A stretch of DNA of 53,468 nucleotides from an uncultured Planctomycetia bacterium (GTDB taxonomy: Bacteria > Omnitrophota > Gorgyraeia > 1-14-0-20-64-10): positions 1 through 53,468 of the forward strand of contig CAYJQV010000007.1 of NCBI GenBank assembly GCA_964372395.1. The letters are read 5' to 3'. Shown in pieces: positions 24,043 through 33,155 of this stretch; positions within the stretch are counted from its first letter, which is position 1, and every line of letters starts with the position of its first letter. The position numbers and the translations under genes were made by a program. The notes under the pieces are model-generated. The model was not told where the DNA came from, did not search any database, and saw nothing but the letters and a program-made list of their open reading frames with translations.

Positions 24043-24654
24043 ATGCTGGTATCCTGGTTCCTGAAAGGCGGGCCGGTCATGTGGCCCCTGCTGGTCTGCT
24101 CGATCGTGGGATTCGCCCTCATTGTGGAGCGGCTGATCTTCTGGAGCCAGCAGAAGAAGCGCTCCAGACCCGAGGAGCTGGACCAGTGGCTGGAGCACAT
24201 CCGCCACGGCCGCCTGAAGGAGGCCCTGAAGGCCGGCAGGGAAAGTCGCCATCCGGCGATCCAGGCGCTGCACAGCGCCTTAAGGCATGGCGACAGGCCC
24301 CTGTCCGGCGCGCTGGAGCTGGCGGTGGATGAGACGGACGAGAAGACGCGGGAGACCCTGCCGGGGCTGGACACCGTCATCACCTTGGCGCCCCTGCTGG
24401 GAATCTTCGGGACGGTCGCAGGGATCGTGAAGGCGTTCGATCTGCTGGGGCACGCTTCCCCGACCCCCCAGGCGGTGAGCGTGGGGATTTCCGAGGCCCT
24501 CATCACGACGGAGTTTGGCCTGGCGATTGCCATGCCGGCCCTGGTCTTCTACAATCTGTTCCTCACCCTGAGCGACCGGTTTGCCTTCCGGCTGGAGCGG
24601 TACGCCCACGAGTTCGAGGCGCTTTACACGACCCAGGGCAGGGAAAGGGAGTAA
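24043..24654 (+). CDS. exbB: MotA/TolQ/ExbB proton channel
   Basis: TLAPLLGIFGTVAGIVKAF and GISEALITTEFGLAIAMPALVFYN. Confidence 0.9.
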   Translation: MLVSWFLKGGPVMWPLLVCSIVGFALIVERLIFWSQQKKRSRPEELDQWLEHIRHGRLKEALKAGRESRHPAIQALHSALRHGDRPLSGALELAVDETDEKTRETLPGLDTVITLAPLLGIFGTVAGIVKAFDLLGHASPTPQAVSVGISEALITTEFGLAIAMPALVFYNLFLTLSDRFAFRLERYAHEFEALYTTQGRERE

Positions 24655-24662
24655 CGGAGAGA

Positions 24663-25112
24663 ATGCGCAAGGGCCGCTGGCACCGGCGCGCTCCGCGTCG
24701 GGCGAGGGTGGAGATGATCCCGCTGATCGACTGCATGTTCCTCCTCCTGACCTTTTTTATCTATGTGGCGACGTCCATGGTGCTTCAGCGCGGGATCCCG
24801 GTGGATCTGGCCCATGCCGCCTCCGGTGAGCCGTTCCGGAAAGGGCCGGAGCCGATCCACGTCTTTATCCGAAGCTCCGGGGAGCTCTATCTGGGGGAGG
24901 CGCCCGTCACCAAGGCGGAGCTCACCTCCCGGCTGCGTGCCCTCGCCCTATCGGATGCATCGGCCGGTCCGAGAACCTCCAGGCCTGTGGTCGTGAACGC
25001 GGACAAAGGGGTTCTGCACGAGCGGGTGGTCGAGGTCCTGGACCTCGCCAGGGCAAGCGGGGTGGCGCAGGTCGTCCTCGCGGTGGAGCCCCGGGACGGG
25101 GATTCGCGATGA
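24663..25112 (+). CDS. exbD: ExbD/TolR biopolymer transport protein
   Basis: EMIPLIDCMFLLLTFFI TM segment and ...VVVNADKGVLHERVVEVLD. Confidence 0.88.
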   Translation: MRKGRWHRRAPRRARVEMIPLIDCMFLLLTFFIYVATSMVLQRGIPVDLAHAASGEPFRKGPEPIHVFIRSSGELYLGEAPVTKAELTSRLRALALSDASAGPRTSRPVVVNADKGVLHERVVEVLDLARASGVAQVVLAVEPRDGDSR

Positions 25113-25636
25113 ACCGCTGGGCGGCCGCGCTGGGGGCTTCCCTGCTCGTGCATGCCGGGGCCGCGGTGGGGACGGCCGGCTGGATGGGCCGCCCCGCCAC
25201 CTTTGAGGTGACCGCGGGAGAAGCGAGGGTGGCGCTGGCGCTGCGATCCGGAGCCTCACCCCAGAGAAGCTCTTTGGACACCACGGCGATTTCCAGGAAA
25301 AAGGTAACGGATCTGCCCGGTGCAATCCCGGAGGCCGAGGGAGCGCAAGCCTCCGTTCCCCGGTCGCTTCGCAATGCGGCCCCGCCTTATCCCGCGGAGG
25401 CGTTCCGGCGGGGGATCGAGGGGACAACCTCCCTGTTTGTCCGCGTCAGCGCCCAAGGGGCGGCCTCCCGGGTGGCGATCGAGCGCTCCTCGGGATGGGT
25501 GATCCTGGATGAGGCGGCTGCGCAGGCGGTCATGAAGTGGACGTTTCTGCCGGCCCGGCGGGCGGGGATTCCCGTTCCGGGGTCGATCCGGATCCGCATC
25601 CGATTCCAGATCGTGGAAGCGGAGGAATCGTGGTGA
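25109..25636 (+). CDS. tonB: TonB C-terminal domain protein
   Basis: PPYPAEAFRRGIEGTTSLFVRVSAQG....V..SSGW..LDEAA..AV.KW.F.PA. ATGA overlap with exbD. Confidence 0.8.
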   Translation: MNRWAAALGASLLVHAGAAVGTAGWMGRPATFEVTAGEARVALALRSGASPQRSSLDTTAISRKKVTDLPGAIPEAEGAQASVPRSLRNAAPPYPAEAFRRGIEGTTSLFVRVSAQGAASRVAIERSSGWVILDEAAAQAVMKWTFLPARRAGIPVPGSIRIRIRFQIVEAEESW

Positions 25637-26763
25637 ACGTTTCAGCCTGGATGTTGGGGCTGATTGCCGGAGCAACCATCTTCCTCGGGTTGCCCGTTGC
25701 CCGCCTGAGTCGGATCTCGACCAAAACGAAGGCGTTCCTCAATGCCATCTCGACGGGGATCCTGATCTTCCTTCTGGTGGAGATCACCGGCCATCTGATC
25801 GAGGAGATCGAGGAGCTGGTGGAATCGGCGGCGGTCACCGGAGGATCCCTGCGCGGAGTGTTTGAGTACGGGGGCCTTTTCATCCTGGGGTTCTCTCTGG
25901 GTTTGCTGGGGCTGGTCTACTTCGAACAGCGGTTTCTGGGATCGGCTAAAGACGACAAGACCCCCCCTTCCAGACGGGCCAAGCAGATCGCCTTGATGAT
26001 CGCTGTGGGCCTGGGGCTTCACAACTTAAGTGAAGGGCTGGCCATTGGGCAGGGTTACTCCGCTGGCGCCCTGCAATTGGCGTGGCTTCTGGCGATCGGG
26101 TTTGCGCTCCACAACGCCACCGAGGGTTTCGGGATTGCGGCCCCCCTTTCCGGTCATCGGGTGAGCTGGCGCTTTTTGGGCCTGGCGGGACTCATCGCCG
26201 GGGGGCCCACCTTTCTGGGGGCCGTCATTGGCGGCTGGTGGACGAGCAAGCCGGCCGAGATCTTTTGCCTGGCGCTTGCGGCGGGGACGATCCTCTACAT
26301 CGTCGGGGAGCTGCTCCACTTGGGGCGGATCCTCAAGGGAGAGGCGCTCGTGGAGGTTGGGCTCCTGGCCGGATTCTTTGTTGCCATGGCGGCGGACTTC
26401 ACGCTCTCCGCAGGCATGGAGGTGACCGCGGTTCATGCCCCGCGCCACGGGGGCTATTTCGGAGACGCCAGCGACATCTTCCATTACGAGGTGGCTCTGG
26501 GGCCGAGGGACGACCTCGTCCTGTACGTCAACGACCACCACAACCGCCCGATGGATACCCGCGCCTTGAAAGGGCGCTGGGTCTTGAATCCGGACAGCCG
26601 CTCTCCGATCGTTGGCTTCTTTACCCCGTCGGAAGACGGCTCCCTTCTGACCTCGCCCCTTCCCGACCAGGCTCGGAAGGCGGAGCGGATCCACGTGAAG
26701 GTGGAGGTTCTCAAGAAGGACGAGTGGGTTGGGATGGAGTTTTACCTGCCCGGGCAGAGCTGA
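25633..26763 (+). CDS. ZIP-family metal transporter fused to a C-terminal His-containing domain of about 125 aa
   Basis: GLGLHNLSEGLAIGQ and GFALHNATEGFGIAAP ZIP signatures. GTG start after a GGAGG RBS overlaps the tonB stop. The extra tail is HAPRHGGYFGDASDIFHYEVAL...LVLYVNDHHNRPMD. Confidence 0.75.
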   Translation: MNVSAWMLGLIAGATIFLGLPVARLSRISTKTKAFLNAISTGILIFLLVEITGHLIEEIEELVESAAVTGGSLRGVFEYGGLFILGFSLGLLGLVYFEQRFLGSAKDDKTPPSRRAKQIALMIAVGLGLHNLSEGLAIGQGYSAGALQLAWLLAIGFALHNATEGFGIAAPLSGHRVSWRFLGLAGLIAGGPTFLGAVIGGWWTSKPAEIFCLALAAGTILYIVGELLHLGRILKGEALVEVGLLAGFFVAMAADFTLSAGMEVTAVHAPRHGGYFGDASDIFHYEVALGPRDDLVLYVNDHHNRPMDTRALKGRWVLNPDSRSPIVGFFTPSEDGSLLTSPLPDQARKAERIHVKVEVLKKDEWVGMEFYLPGQS

Positions 26764-26817
26764 CCGGACGATAGCCCCGCCGAGCTCTGTAAGTAGTACT
26801 CCGAGTTTAGATATCCC

Positions 26818-26846
26818 TTGATTTTCCCTGCCCCTGCGGGTATCCT
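26818..26846 (+). promoter_or_regulatory. putative sigma70-type promoter of the giant ORF
   Basis: TTGATT (26818-26823), a 17-nt spacer, then TATCCT (26841-26846). Confidence 0.3.
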
Positions 26847-26861
26847 TGTAGAGAGAAGCGG

Positions 26862-29800
26862 TTGTCTCCTTTCATGAAACCGAGCGTGTCCCGGAGGGGC
26901 CCCTTTCTTTTGCCCCGTTTCCTGGCCACTTTGCTAATCGCCGGCCAGCTCGCCTGGGGTCTGCCCGCCCGCGCCGATGATGCGCTGCGCCCCTCCGTCG
27001 AAGGCACCCAGGCCGGCCTTGAGCAGACACTTCAGGCCGCTGGCCAGGAGGAGGATCTGGGCGAGATGTTGAAAGCGCAGACGCTCTCGCTGTTGAACAA
27101 GGTTCTGAGCGGCCCGGAGATCACGGCAGTCACCGCTGACCACCTGCGGCGTCTCCAGAATCTTTTTCAGGCGGCTTCTCCGGAGCAGAAGCGGCTCTTC
27201 CTCCGGGATCTCGTCAGGATTTACGGCCCCTCGCTGGAGCGGCTTGCCCGGGGGCGCGTTCGGGAGGCCGCGAAGCTCCCCCCTGCCGCGGAGGATGCCG
27301 ATCCACCCATCGTCGTTGCAGGGCCAGCGGTCAATCTGAACCTCAACATCGGCTGGAAATCCAGCGAGACCTCTCCGGCCACGTTGGAGATCGACCTGGC
27401 CGGCACCAGCCTGAAAGCCGACGGCTCTCCCGCCAATGTGATGGAGACCCTCCAGCAGCTGGGGCAGGCCTACCGTTCCATCGGGGTTCGGAGCGGAGGG
27501 GAGCGACCCATCGGGCGGATCTTCTTCGACCTCCTGCGGGTTGCCGGCATTCCTGCAACGGGCTGGCCGGCCGCCTCCCCTGACATCGATTTCGCTCCCA
27601 CGATGACTGCAGGGGCCCTCGGGCTGGATCTGCGGTTTCTTCCACCGGAGCCGCGCTGGGAGCCCTCGGAGCTCGAGGCGTACGCCCAGGCGGTCCATCG
27701 GGCGATCGAGGGACTGGGCCAGGCGAATCGGCGGACGGCTCTGCTCTGGACCAGCCGTGTTCCGGCCAACGCCCCGCCTGGTTTCCTGTCGGATCTCTTC
27801 CGGGCTGGGCGAGAGCGGGGCATCTTCGTGGTCTACGACCCGAAGGTGACCACCCTGGACGATCCGGCGATTCTTCAGGCCCTTCTTCAAGCCGGACCGC
27901 ATCTCGTTGCCCCGAATCTGGAGGAGTTCTCCGCGCTGGCGGGGCGGCCGGTGGCCCGGACGCCGGCGGAAATCGTACGGGCGGCGAGGGAACTGCTGGC
28001 AAAGTCCGATCTGCAGATGATCCTGATCTCGCTGGCCGGAGAAGGGGCTCTGCTGGTGGACCAAGCCCGCGTTGCCTATGCCAACGTAGAGCCGGAGATT
28101 GCCGTGCTGGGGCCCGGCGGAGCTGGCGATGTGGGACTGGCGAATCTGCTGCATCTTTACACCCAGGCGGAGAAGATCCGGGGATCCTTTTCGGAGCTGA
28201 CGGACGAGGATTTCGTAGCCCTCCTTCGGGCGTATGTGGCGGGTGGAGCGGCAGCGGTTCAGATGCCCGGAGACGAAACTCCCACCGGGGAGCTGGTTGG
28301 CGAGATGGAGCGGAGGGTCCATACCAAACTGTTCAAGAACCCCTCGCAGGAGCAGCTCTCGCGGTTCGGAGGTTTCGGGCAGCTGCGCGCAAGAGCCGAT
28401 GCCCCCTACCGGGATCAGGTGTGGGTTCCCCGCCTGGAACGGTTCTTTTACTCGCACCCGGCCGTTCCCTCCGCCGACAACGCCGGATCGGACCTCTATC
28501 TGAACTTCATCCTTTCTCGCCCGGAGCGCTTCAGGGGCAAGGAGGTGCTGGATCCCGTGACGGGCTCGGGAGTGTTGGCGGCGGCGCTGGCACTGGCGGG
28601 GGCCGGCCGGGTCGTGGCGACGGACATTTCACCGGAGGCGGCTCGACTGGCGGAGGCGAACCTCAACGGGATTCCGGAGATCAGAGGCCGGGTGACCGTG
28701 GGGGTGAGCGACGTCTACGACAACCTGCCGAACATCACGGACATCCGCCAATTCGATGTGGTGGTTGCCAACAGCCCGACCGGCAGGTGGAATCCCGTGC
28801 CGGGACAAAGCCGGACCCATGAGGCCAGCGCGGGAGAAGGGTTTGAGGTGCCGAGGAAGCTGCTGGGTGGGCTGAGCCAATGGACAAAGGCCAGCGGCGA
28901 GGGGGCCTACATGACGACGCGCGGGGTTCCGGAGGAGGATCCTCCCCGCCGATTGACAGCACGGTATCTCGGCAGACTTCTTGCGCCGGGATGGGCCGCC
29001 GAGCCGACCGGTTATGAAGCCATGGGCCGGTCGGAAAAGGTTCCCCTGATGATCCAGCATGTTCATCGCATCAAGAGCGCCGGGATGGAGGAGACCTGGC
29101 CGTCGGTTCTGGTGGTGCGGCCGGTGCTGCGGTTCCCCGCGCTCGCGCCGGATCCTGCGGCGGAGGGCCTGCTGACGCTCCCCTTTTCGAGGGACCTCTA
29201 CCGCGCGACTTTGGATTGGCTCAATACGCACCAGTTTCAGATGCCGCGGTCGGCGCAGCTGTTCGATCATCTGCTGGGAAGCAACCACAGCAAGACGCCT
29301 TCGGGCAAGATGCGGATGGACAGGACGCAGCTCGTCGTGCCGTTCCAGCAGGTGGAGAGGCAAACCCAGGGCAGCCGGCTGCCGATCTTCGAGCTGCCGC
29401 CGGAGGTCCGCCCTTCCGTCGTCGACTTTCTGGGAATCTACCTGCTCACCCTCCAACTGCCACCCGAGAGGGCCCAGGAGCTTCCGATCCCTGCGCGATG
29501 GAGTCTGCGGCGGTTTCACGTGACGGCTCACCGCGCGAGGAATCAGTTGCCCCACCTTCGGGAGGATCCGCGCTGGGGAGCGTTCCTCGACCGGATTGGC
29601 CAAATCCCCCGATCGACCCGGCGGATTCTGGCCGGAGAGCCGGTCATCGTCGTACAGGCGGATGAGATTTCAGCGGAGGGACGGGGCGCGGTGGAGCAGA
29701 TGGCCGGCAACCTTCCGGCCGACGCGACGGATGATCTGAGGACATTCCTGGCAAGCTACATGGACCGGAGGCTGCGCCTGGAGCGGGACCGTCTTCAGGA

Positions 29801-32429
29801 AACGGAGGTTCCGATCCCTCCCGGCTGGGACTTGGGCAGGGTGGCGCGGGTCGTGGAGAGATGGAGGCCGGCCCTGGAGCGGATTGCGGCAAGCGATGAG
29901 GTCCTTCGGCTGACCTTGCGGCAGATGGACCGGCTGGTCGGATCCCAGCCGGAGCCGTCGCTCAGCGACACGCAGCGAAAGACCGTCCGGGCCTATCTGC
30001 GCCGCCTCACGCACACCTCCCGTGGGATTCAGCTTCCGACGCCGGAGCAGGTGGCCGAGGAGCGGGGGGATGTTAGCCCCACCACGGCCGCTTCCCACCT
30101 CAGGGAAATCCGCGGCCAGTTTCAGGGGCGCGGTCGGGCGGAAGCTTACCTTCCGGTGGCAAGCCGGAGGGAGTTCTCGCGGATGCTGGAAGAATCGGTG
30201 CAGGCCTACAACCGGGATCACCGGCCGGAGGCAAGGATCACGGTTTCCCCCGGCCAGCTTTACCAAATCTACGTCGTTTTCCAGAGACTCTCTGGCGCGG
30301 AACGGCGCAGGCCGGTCTCGTGGGCAGATCTGGGTCGGGAGACGGGCAAGATCTCCCCGCAGGAGGCCCGCGTCCGGTTGGAGGCGCTGGACCGCCTGTT
30401 CCGCTACCTCGGCATCCGGCTGACGGAGACGTGGCATTCGAGCTCTCCGGCGGTCCAACTGGCAGAGCCGCCCAGCCCGGAGCCCCCTCCCCCGCCGTCA
30501 GCCGAGGAGATCGTCTCCAGGAGGCTGCAGGAAATTCTCCAGGGAGAGAAGTTGGACAGCGCGGCCGACTGGCCGGTGTTGCTGGATCTTGCCCGGGAGC
30601 AGCTTGTCCAAGAAGGCCTGCTGGGCAAGACGGCCTCGCTGCCGGAGACGACCGTGCAGGCGCTTTACCAGCAGATCGTCAATCCCGGCGGGGCATCGGC
30701 CGGGATGGAGGAGAAAACCGGGGCTGTGCGGAGGGCGCTGGTCAGGATCGCGCTGGGAGGAGCGGTCACGGCAGGGGCCTGGATGCTGGCCAGGGAGATG
30801 ATCTGGCAGAGGCCAGTGGTGGCGCCGGCACCTCAACGGGCGGAGAAGCCGGAGGCGAAGACGGATGTGCCTGTAGACGTACGGAGCCAGCTCAAGGCGA
30901 AGATTGCGCACGGACCAGGACTCTATCTGTGGGAACTCCGTTCGGAGGTGACCGACGAGGAGCTGAGACGATATCTGCCGGGGTTGCTGGACTACGTGAA
31001 GGAGCACAAGATTCGCAAGGCTTACCTTGGGCTTCCGGCAACGGACGGAGGAGCTCTCGCCGCCCGCGGGATGGATCGTTTTGAGAAGGAACTGGCGCGG
31101 TGGGAGCCACTCCTGCGGGGTCTGAAGGCGGCAGGGGTCCAGGTCTGGCTGAACCATCATGCCACGTGGTGGGCTCACCCCGAAGAGGAGTGGCCGTGGC
31201 TGAGCGCCGGGGAGCGGGGAACCCTCCGGCCGATCCCAAGGGACACCGATCGATTCCTGAAGGATCCGGCGTACGCCCTCCGATACGATCTGGAGTACGC
31301 CGTCCCGGTTCACACCCGCTTTCACCTGAAGGCGCTGCGGAAGATCGTGGGTAGCGCAGAGGTTCGGGGGCTGTTTGATGGGATCTACCTCCACCTGGAA
31401 CCGTACTGGACGGTGGGCTGGACCGATTCGGCCGGAGAAAAGGGCACGCGGCGGTATCTGGGCCAGTACCTGCAGTTTCTGGAAGATGCGCATGGGGTGA
31501 CCATGGCGGCAAAGATGCCGATGATGGTCAATTCCTGGCAGGGAGCCCTCAAGGTGCCCGAGGGAATCCACGCGGCAGGCCCGACGAGCAAGCCCCTCCA
31601 ATGGAATGGCCGGCCTCTGATCGAAGAGGTGCGGGAACGGGCCGAGGTGGTCAACGTCTGGATCCAGGGGGTAGACCCGAACGTTTCAACCCAAAGGCTC
31701 AACGCCCTCCTCGCAGCACAGGACGCGGCGTTTCCCTTGGAGGTGACCCTGGAGCTCTTCGATGAGCCAGGGGGCGAACGGGCGCGCGAGAATCCCGAGT
31801 GGCCCGGGCAGCTTTGGGGAATCGTTGGCGAGGTTTCCCAGCGCTGGGCGGCGAGGCCGTTTTCCATAACGATTCGCGGTGACCAGCCGGGACGATCGGC
31901 GGCTCCGAAGTTGCGCACGGGGAAAGCCGAGGGGCGCGCGCCAGGGGCCGGGATGGAGGAGACAGCGGCAGAGAGGATCCGCGGGATCCTTGAGCGGCTG
32001 GAGCCAGGGCAGCCGAAGGGGGCGGTCCTGCTGGGGCCGGAGGCGCTGGCAGGAGATCCGGAGACGGGGCGACCTGCGCTTCTTCCGCTTCTCTTGGAGG
32101 AGCGGCTCCTGCCTCAGCAGAGGCAGGCGGTCCGGATCTTCACGCGGGATCCGGCCGAGGCGAAGGAGCTTCGAGGCAGGGGTTTCCCTGCTGCGGAGTC
32201 TGAAGAGGAGCTGGCCGGCCTTGTGTCGGACTTAGAGGAGTTTGAGTTCTACACGACCGCAGAGGAATCCCTGGCGCTCCTGTATGGCCTTCCCGGTGCA
32301 AAGCCGATCTTCATCGAGCAGGAGGCGTTCCGGGAGATGCTGGGTCGCCTTCTCGTCCTGCTGGGGTATCTGCCGGCTGCGCCAGAGGTGCTGGATGCCC
32401 TTTCCGAGGCGCTGAAGGAGTACGCCTGA
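26862..32429 (+). CDS. 1855-aa multidomain protein: signal peptide, PfkB-like kinase, class I SAM methyltransferase-like, 4x HTH-like repeats, TM helix, TIM-barrel-like domain, C-terminal domain
   Basis: TTG at 26862, or ATG at 26874 (MKPSVSRRGPFLLPRFLATLLIAGQLAWGLPARA|DD). PfkB-like region at aa 150-470 with VAPNLEEF..ISLAGEGALLV..GPGGAGD. MTase region at aa 555-740 with VLDPVTGSGVLA, VVATDISPEA and FDVVVANSPT. HTH-like repeats at aa 872-1182. TM helix ALVRIALGGAVTAGAWMLAREMIW at aa 1291-1314. Alternating beta/alpha pattern at aa 1345-1680. Confidence 0.8.
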   Translation: MSPFMKPSVSRRGPFLLPRFLATLLIAGQLAWGLPARADDALRPSVEGTQAGLEQTLQAAGQEEDLGEMLKAQTLSLLNKVLSGPEITAVTADHLRRLQNLFQAASPEQKRLFLRDLVRIYGPSLERLARGRVREAAKLPPAAEDADPPIVVAGPAVNLNLNIGWKSSETSPATLEIDLAGTSLKADGSPANVMETLQQLGQAYRSIGVRSGGERPIGRIFFDLLRVAGIPATGWPAASPDIDFAPTMTAGALGLDLRFLPPEPRWEPSELEAYAQAVHRAIEGLGQANRRTALLWTSRVPANAPPGFLSDLFRAGRERGIFVVYDPKVTTLDDPAILQALLQAGPHLVAPNLEEFSALAGRPVARTPAEIVRAARELLAKSDLQMILISLAGEGALLVDQARVAYANVEPEIAVLGPGGAGDVGLANLLHLYTQAEKIRGSFSELTDEDFVALLRAYVAGGAAAVQMPGDETPTGELVGEMERRVHTKLFKNPSQEQLSRFGGFGQLRARADAPYRDQVWVPRLERFFYSHPAVPSADNAGSDLYLNFILSRPERFRGKEVLDPVTGSGVLAAALALAGAGRVVATDISPEAARLAEANLNGIPEIRGRVTVGVSDVYDNLPNITDIRQFDVVVANSPTGRWNPVPGQSRTHEASAGEGFEVPRKLLGGLSQWTKASGEGAYMTTRGVPEEDPPRRLTARYLGRLLAPGWAAEPTGYEAMGRSEKVPLMIQHVHRIKSAGMEETWPSVLVVRPVLRFPALAPDPAAEGLLTLPFSRDLYRATLDWLNTHQFQMPRSAQLFDHLLGSNHSKTPSGKMRMDRTQLVVPFQQVERQTQGSRLPIFELPPEVRPSVVDFLGIYLLTLQLPPERAQELPIPARWSLRRFHVTAHRARNQLPHLREDPRWGAFLDRIGQIPRSTRRILAGEPVIVVQADEISAEGRGAVEQMAGNLPADATDDLRTFLASYMDRRLRLERDRLQETEVPIPPGWDLGRVARVVERWRPALERIAASDEVLRLTLRQMDRLVGSQPEPSLSDTQRKTVRAYLRRLTHTSRGIQLPTPEQVAEERGDVSPTTAASHLREIRGQFQGRGRAEAYLPVASRREFSRMLEESVQAYNRDHRPEARITVSPGQLYQIYVVFQRLSGAERRRPVSWADLGRETGKISPQEARVRLEALDRLFRYLGIRLTETWHSSSPAVQLAEPPSPEPPPPPSAEEIVSRRLQEILQGEKLDSAADWPVLLDLAREQLVQEGLLGKTASLPETTVQALYQQIVNPGGASAGMEEKTGAVRRALVRIALGGAVTAGAWMLAREMIWQRPVVAPAPQRAEKPEAKTDVPVDVRSQLKAKIAHGPGLYLWELRSEVTDEELRRYLPGLLDYVKEHKIRKAYLGLPATDGGALAARGMDRFEKELARWEPLLRGLKAAGVQVWLNHHATWWAHPEEEWPWLSAGERGTLRPIPRDTDRFLKDPAYALRYDLEYAVPVHTRFHLKALRKIVGSAEVRGLFDGIYLHLEPYWTVGWTDSAGEKGTRRYLGQYLQFLEDAHGVTMAAKMPMMVNSWQGALKVPEGIHAAGPTSKPLQWNGRPLIEEVRERAEVVNVWIQGVDPNVSTQRLNALLAAQDAAFPLEVTLELFDEPGGERARENPEWPGQLWGIVGEVSQRWAARPFSITIRGDQPGRSAAPKLRTGKAEGRAPGAGMEETAAERIRGILERLEPGQPKGAVLLGPEALAGDPETGRPALLPLLLEERLLPQQRQAVRIFTRDPAEAKELRGRGFPAAESEEELAGLVSDLEEFEFYTTAEESLALLYGLPGAKPIFIEQEAFREMLGRLLVLLGYLPAAPEVLDALSEALKEYA
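29079..29094 (+). repeat. copy 1 of the exact 16-mer GCCGGGATGGAGGAGA (encodes AGMEE)
   Basis: Read directly; in frame at aa 740-744 of the giant ORF, at the end of the MTase-like domain. Confidence 0.95.
30699..30714 (+). repeat. copy 2 of GCCGGGATGGAGGAGA
   Basis: In frame at aa 1280-1284, just before the TM helix. Confidence 0.95.
31947..31962 (+). repeat. copy 3 of GCCGGGATGGAGGAGA
   Basis: In frame at aa 1696-1700, at the start of the C-terminal 158-aa domain. Confidence 0.95.
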
Positions 32430-32474
32430 AGCCGGCCGATTGCACGCGGCGGTTCCCCCTGCTAGGGTAGAGGC

Positions 32475-33155
32475 ATGCCAGCGGGTACGCTGTACGTTGT
32501 GGGAACTCCCATCGGGAATCTTGCCGATATCACGTTTCGGGCGGTGGAGGTGCTGAAGCGCGTTGCGCTGATCGCCGCGGAGGATACGCGCAGGACGCGC
32601 ATCCTCTGCCAGAAGTACGGGATCTCGGCGCCGCTGGTGAGTCTGAACGAGCATAATGAACGCCGGCGGGCGCCGGAGGTGATCGGCCGGTTGCAGGCAG
32701 GCGAGTCGGTCGCCTTGGTGACGGACGCGGGGATGCCGGTTGTGTCGGATCCGGGGGCGCATCTGGTGGAGCAGGCGGCGGCGGAAGGGATCCCGGTGGC
32801 GGTGGTGCCGGGGCCGAGCGCGGTGACGGCGGCCCTGGCGCTCTCCGGGTTCCGCGGCGAGCGGTTCCGGTTCGAGGGGTTCCCGCCGCGGAAGGAGAAG
32901 GCGCTCGCGGGGTGGCTGCGGGGGCTCGCGTCGGAGGAGACGCCTGTCGTCTGCTTCGAGTCGCCGTTCCGGCTGGTGAAGACGCTGGAGGCGATCCAAG
33001 CGGTGCTGGGGGAAATTCCGGTCGTCGTGGCGCGGGAGCTCACCAAGCTGCATGAGGAGGTGACGCGCGGCTCGACAAGCGACTGTTTGAGGCGATATAC
33101 TGGACGTCCTCCAAAGGGGGAGGTGACCCTCCTCTTTTGGCCGAAGAAGCAATGA
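32475..33155 (+). CDS. rsmI: 16S rRNA (cytidine1402-2'-O)-methyltransferase
   Basis: GTLYVVGTPIGNLADITFRAVEVLKRVALIAAEDTRRT and LVTDAGMPVVSDPG. Confidence 0.92.
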   Translation: MPAGTLYVVGTPIGNLADITFRAVEVLKRVALIAAEDTRRTRILCQKYGISAPLVSLNEHNERRRAPEVIGRLQAGESVALVTDAGMPVVSDPGAHLVEQAAAEGIPVAVVPGPSAVTAALALSGFRGERFRFEGFPPRKEKALAGWLRGLASEETPVVCFESPFRLVKTLEAIQAVLGEIPVVVARELTKLHEEVTRGSTSDCLRRYTGRPPKGEVTLLFWPKKQ

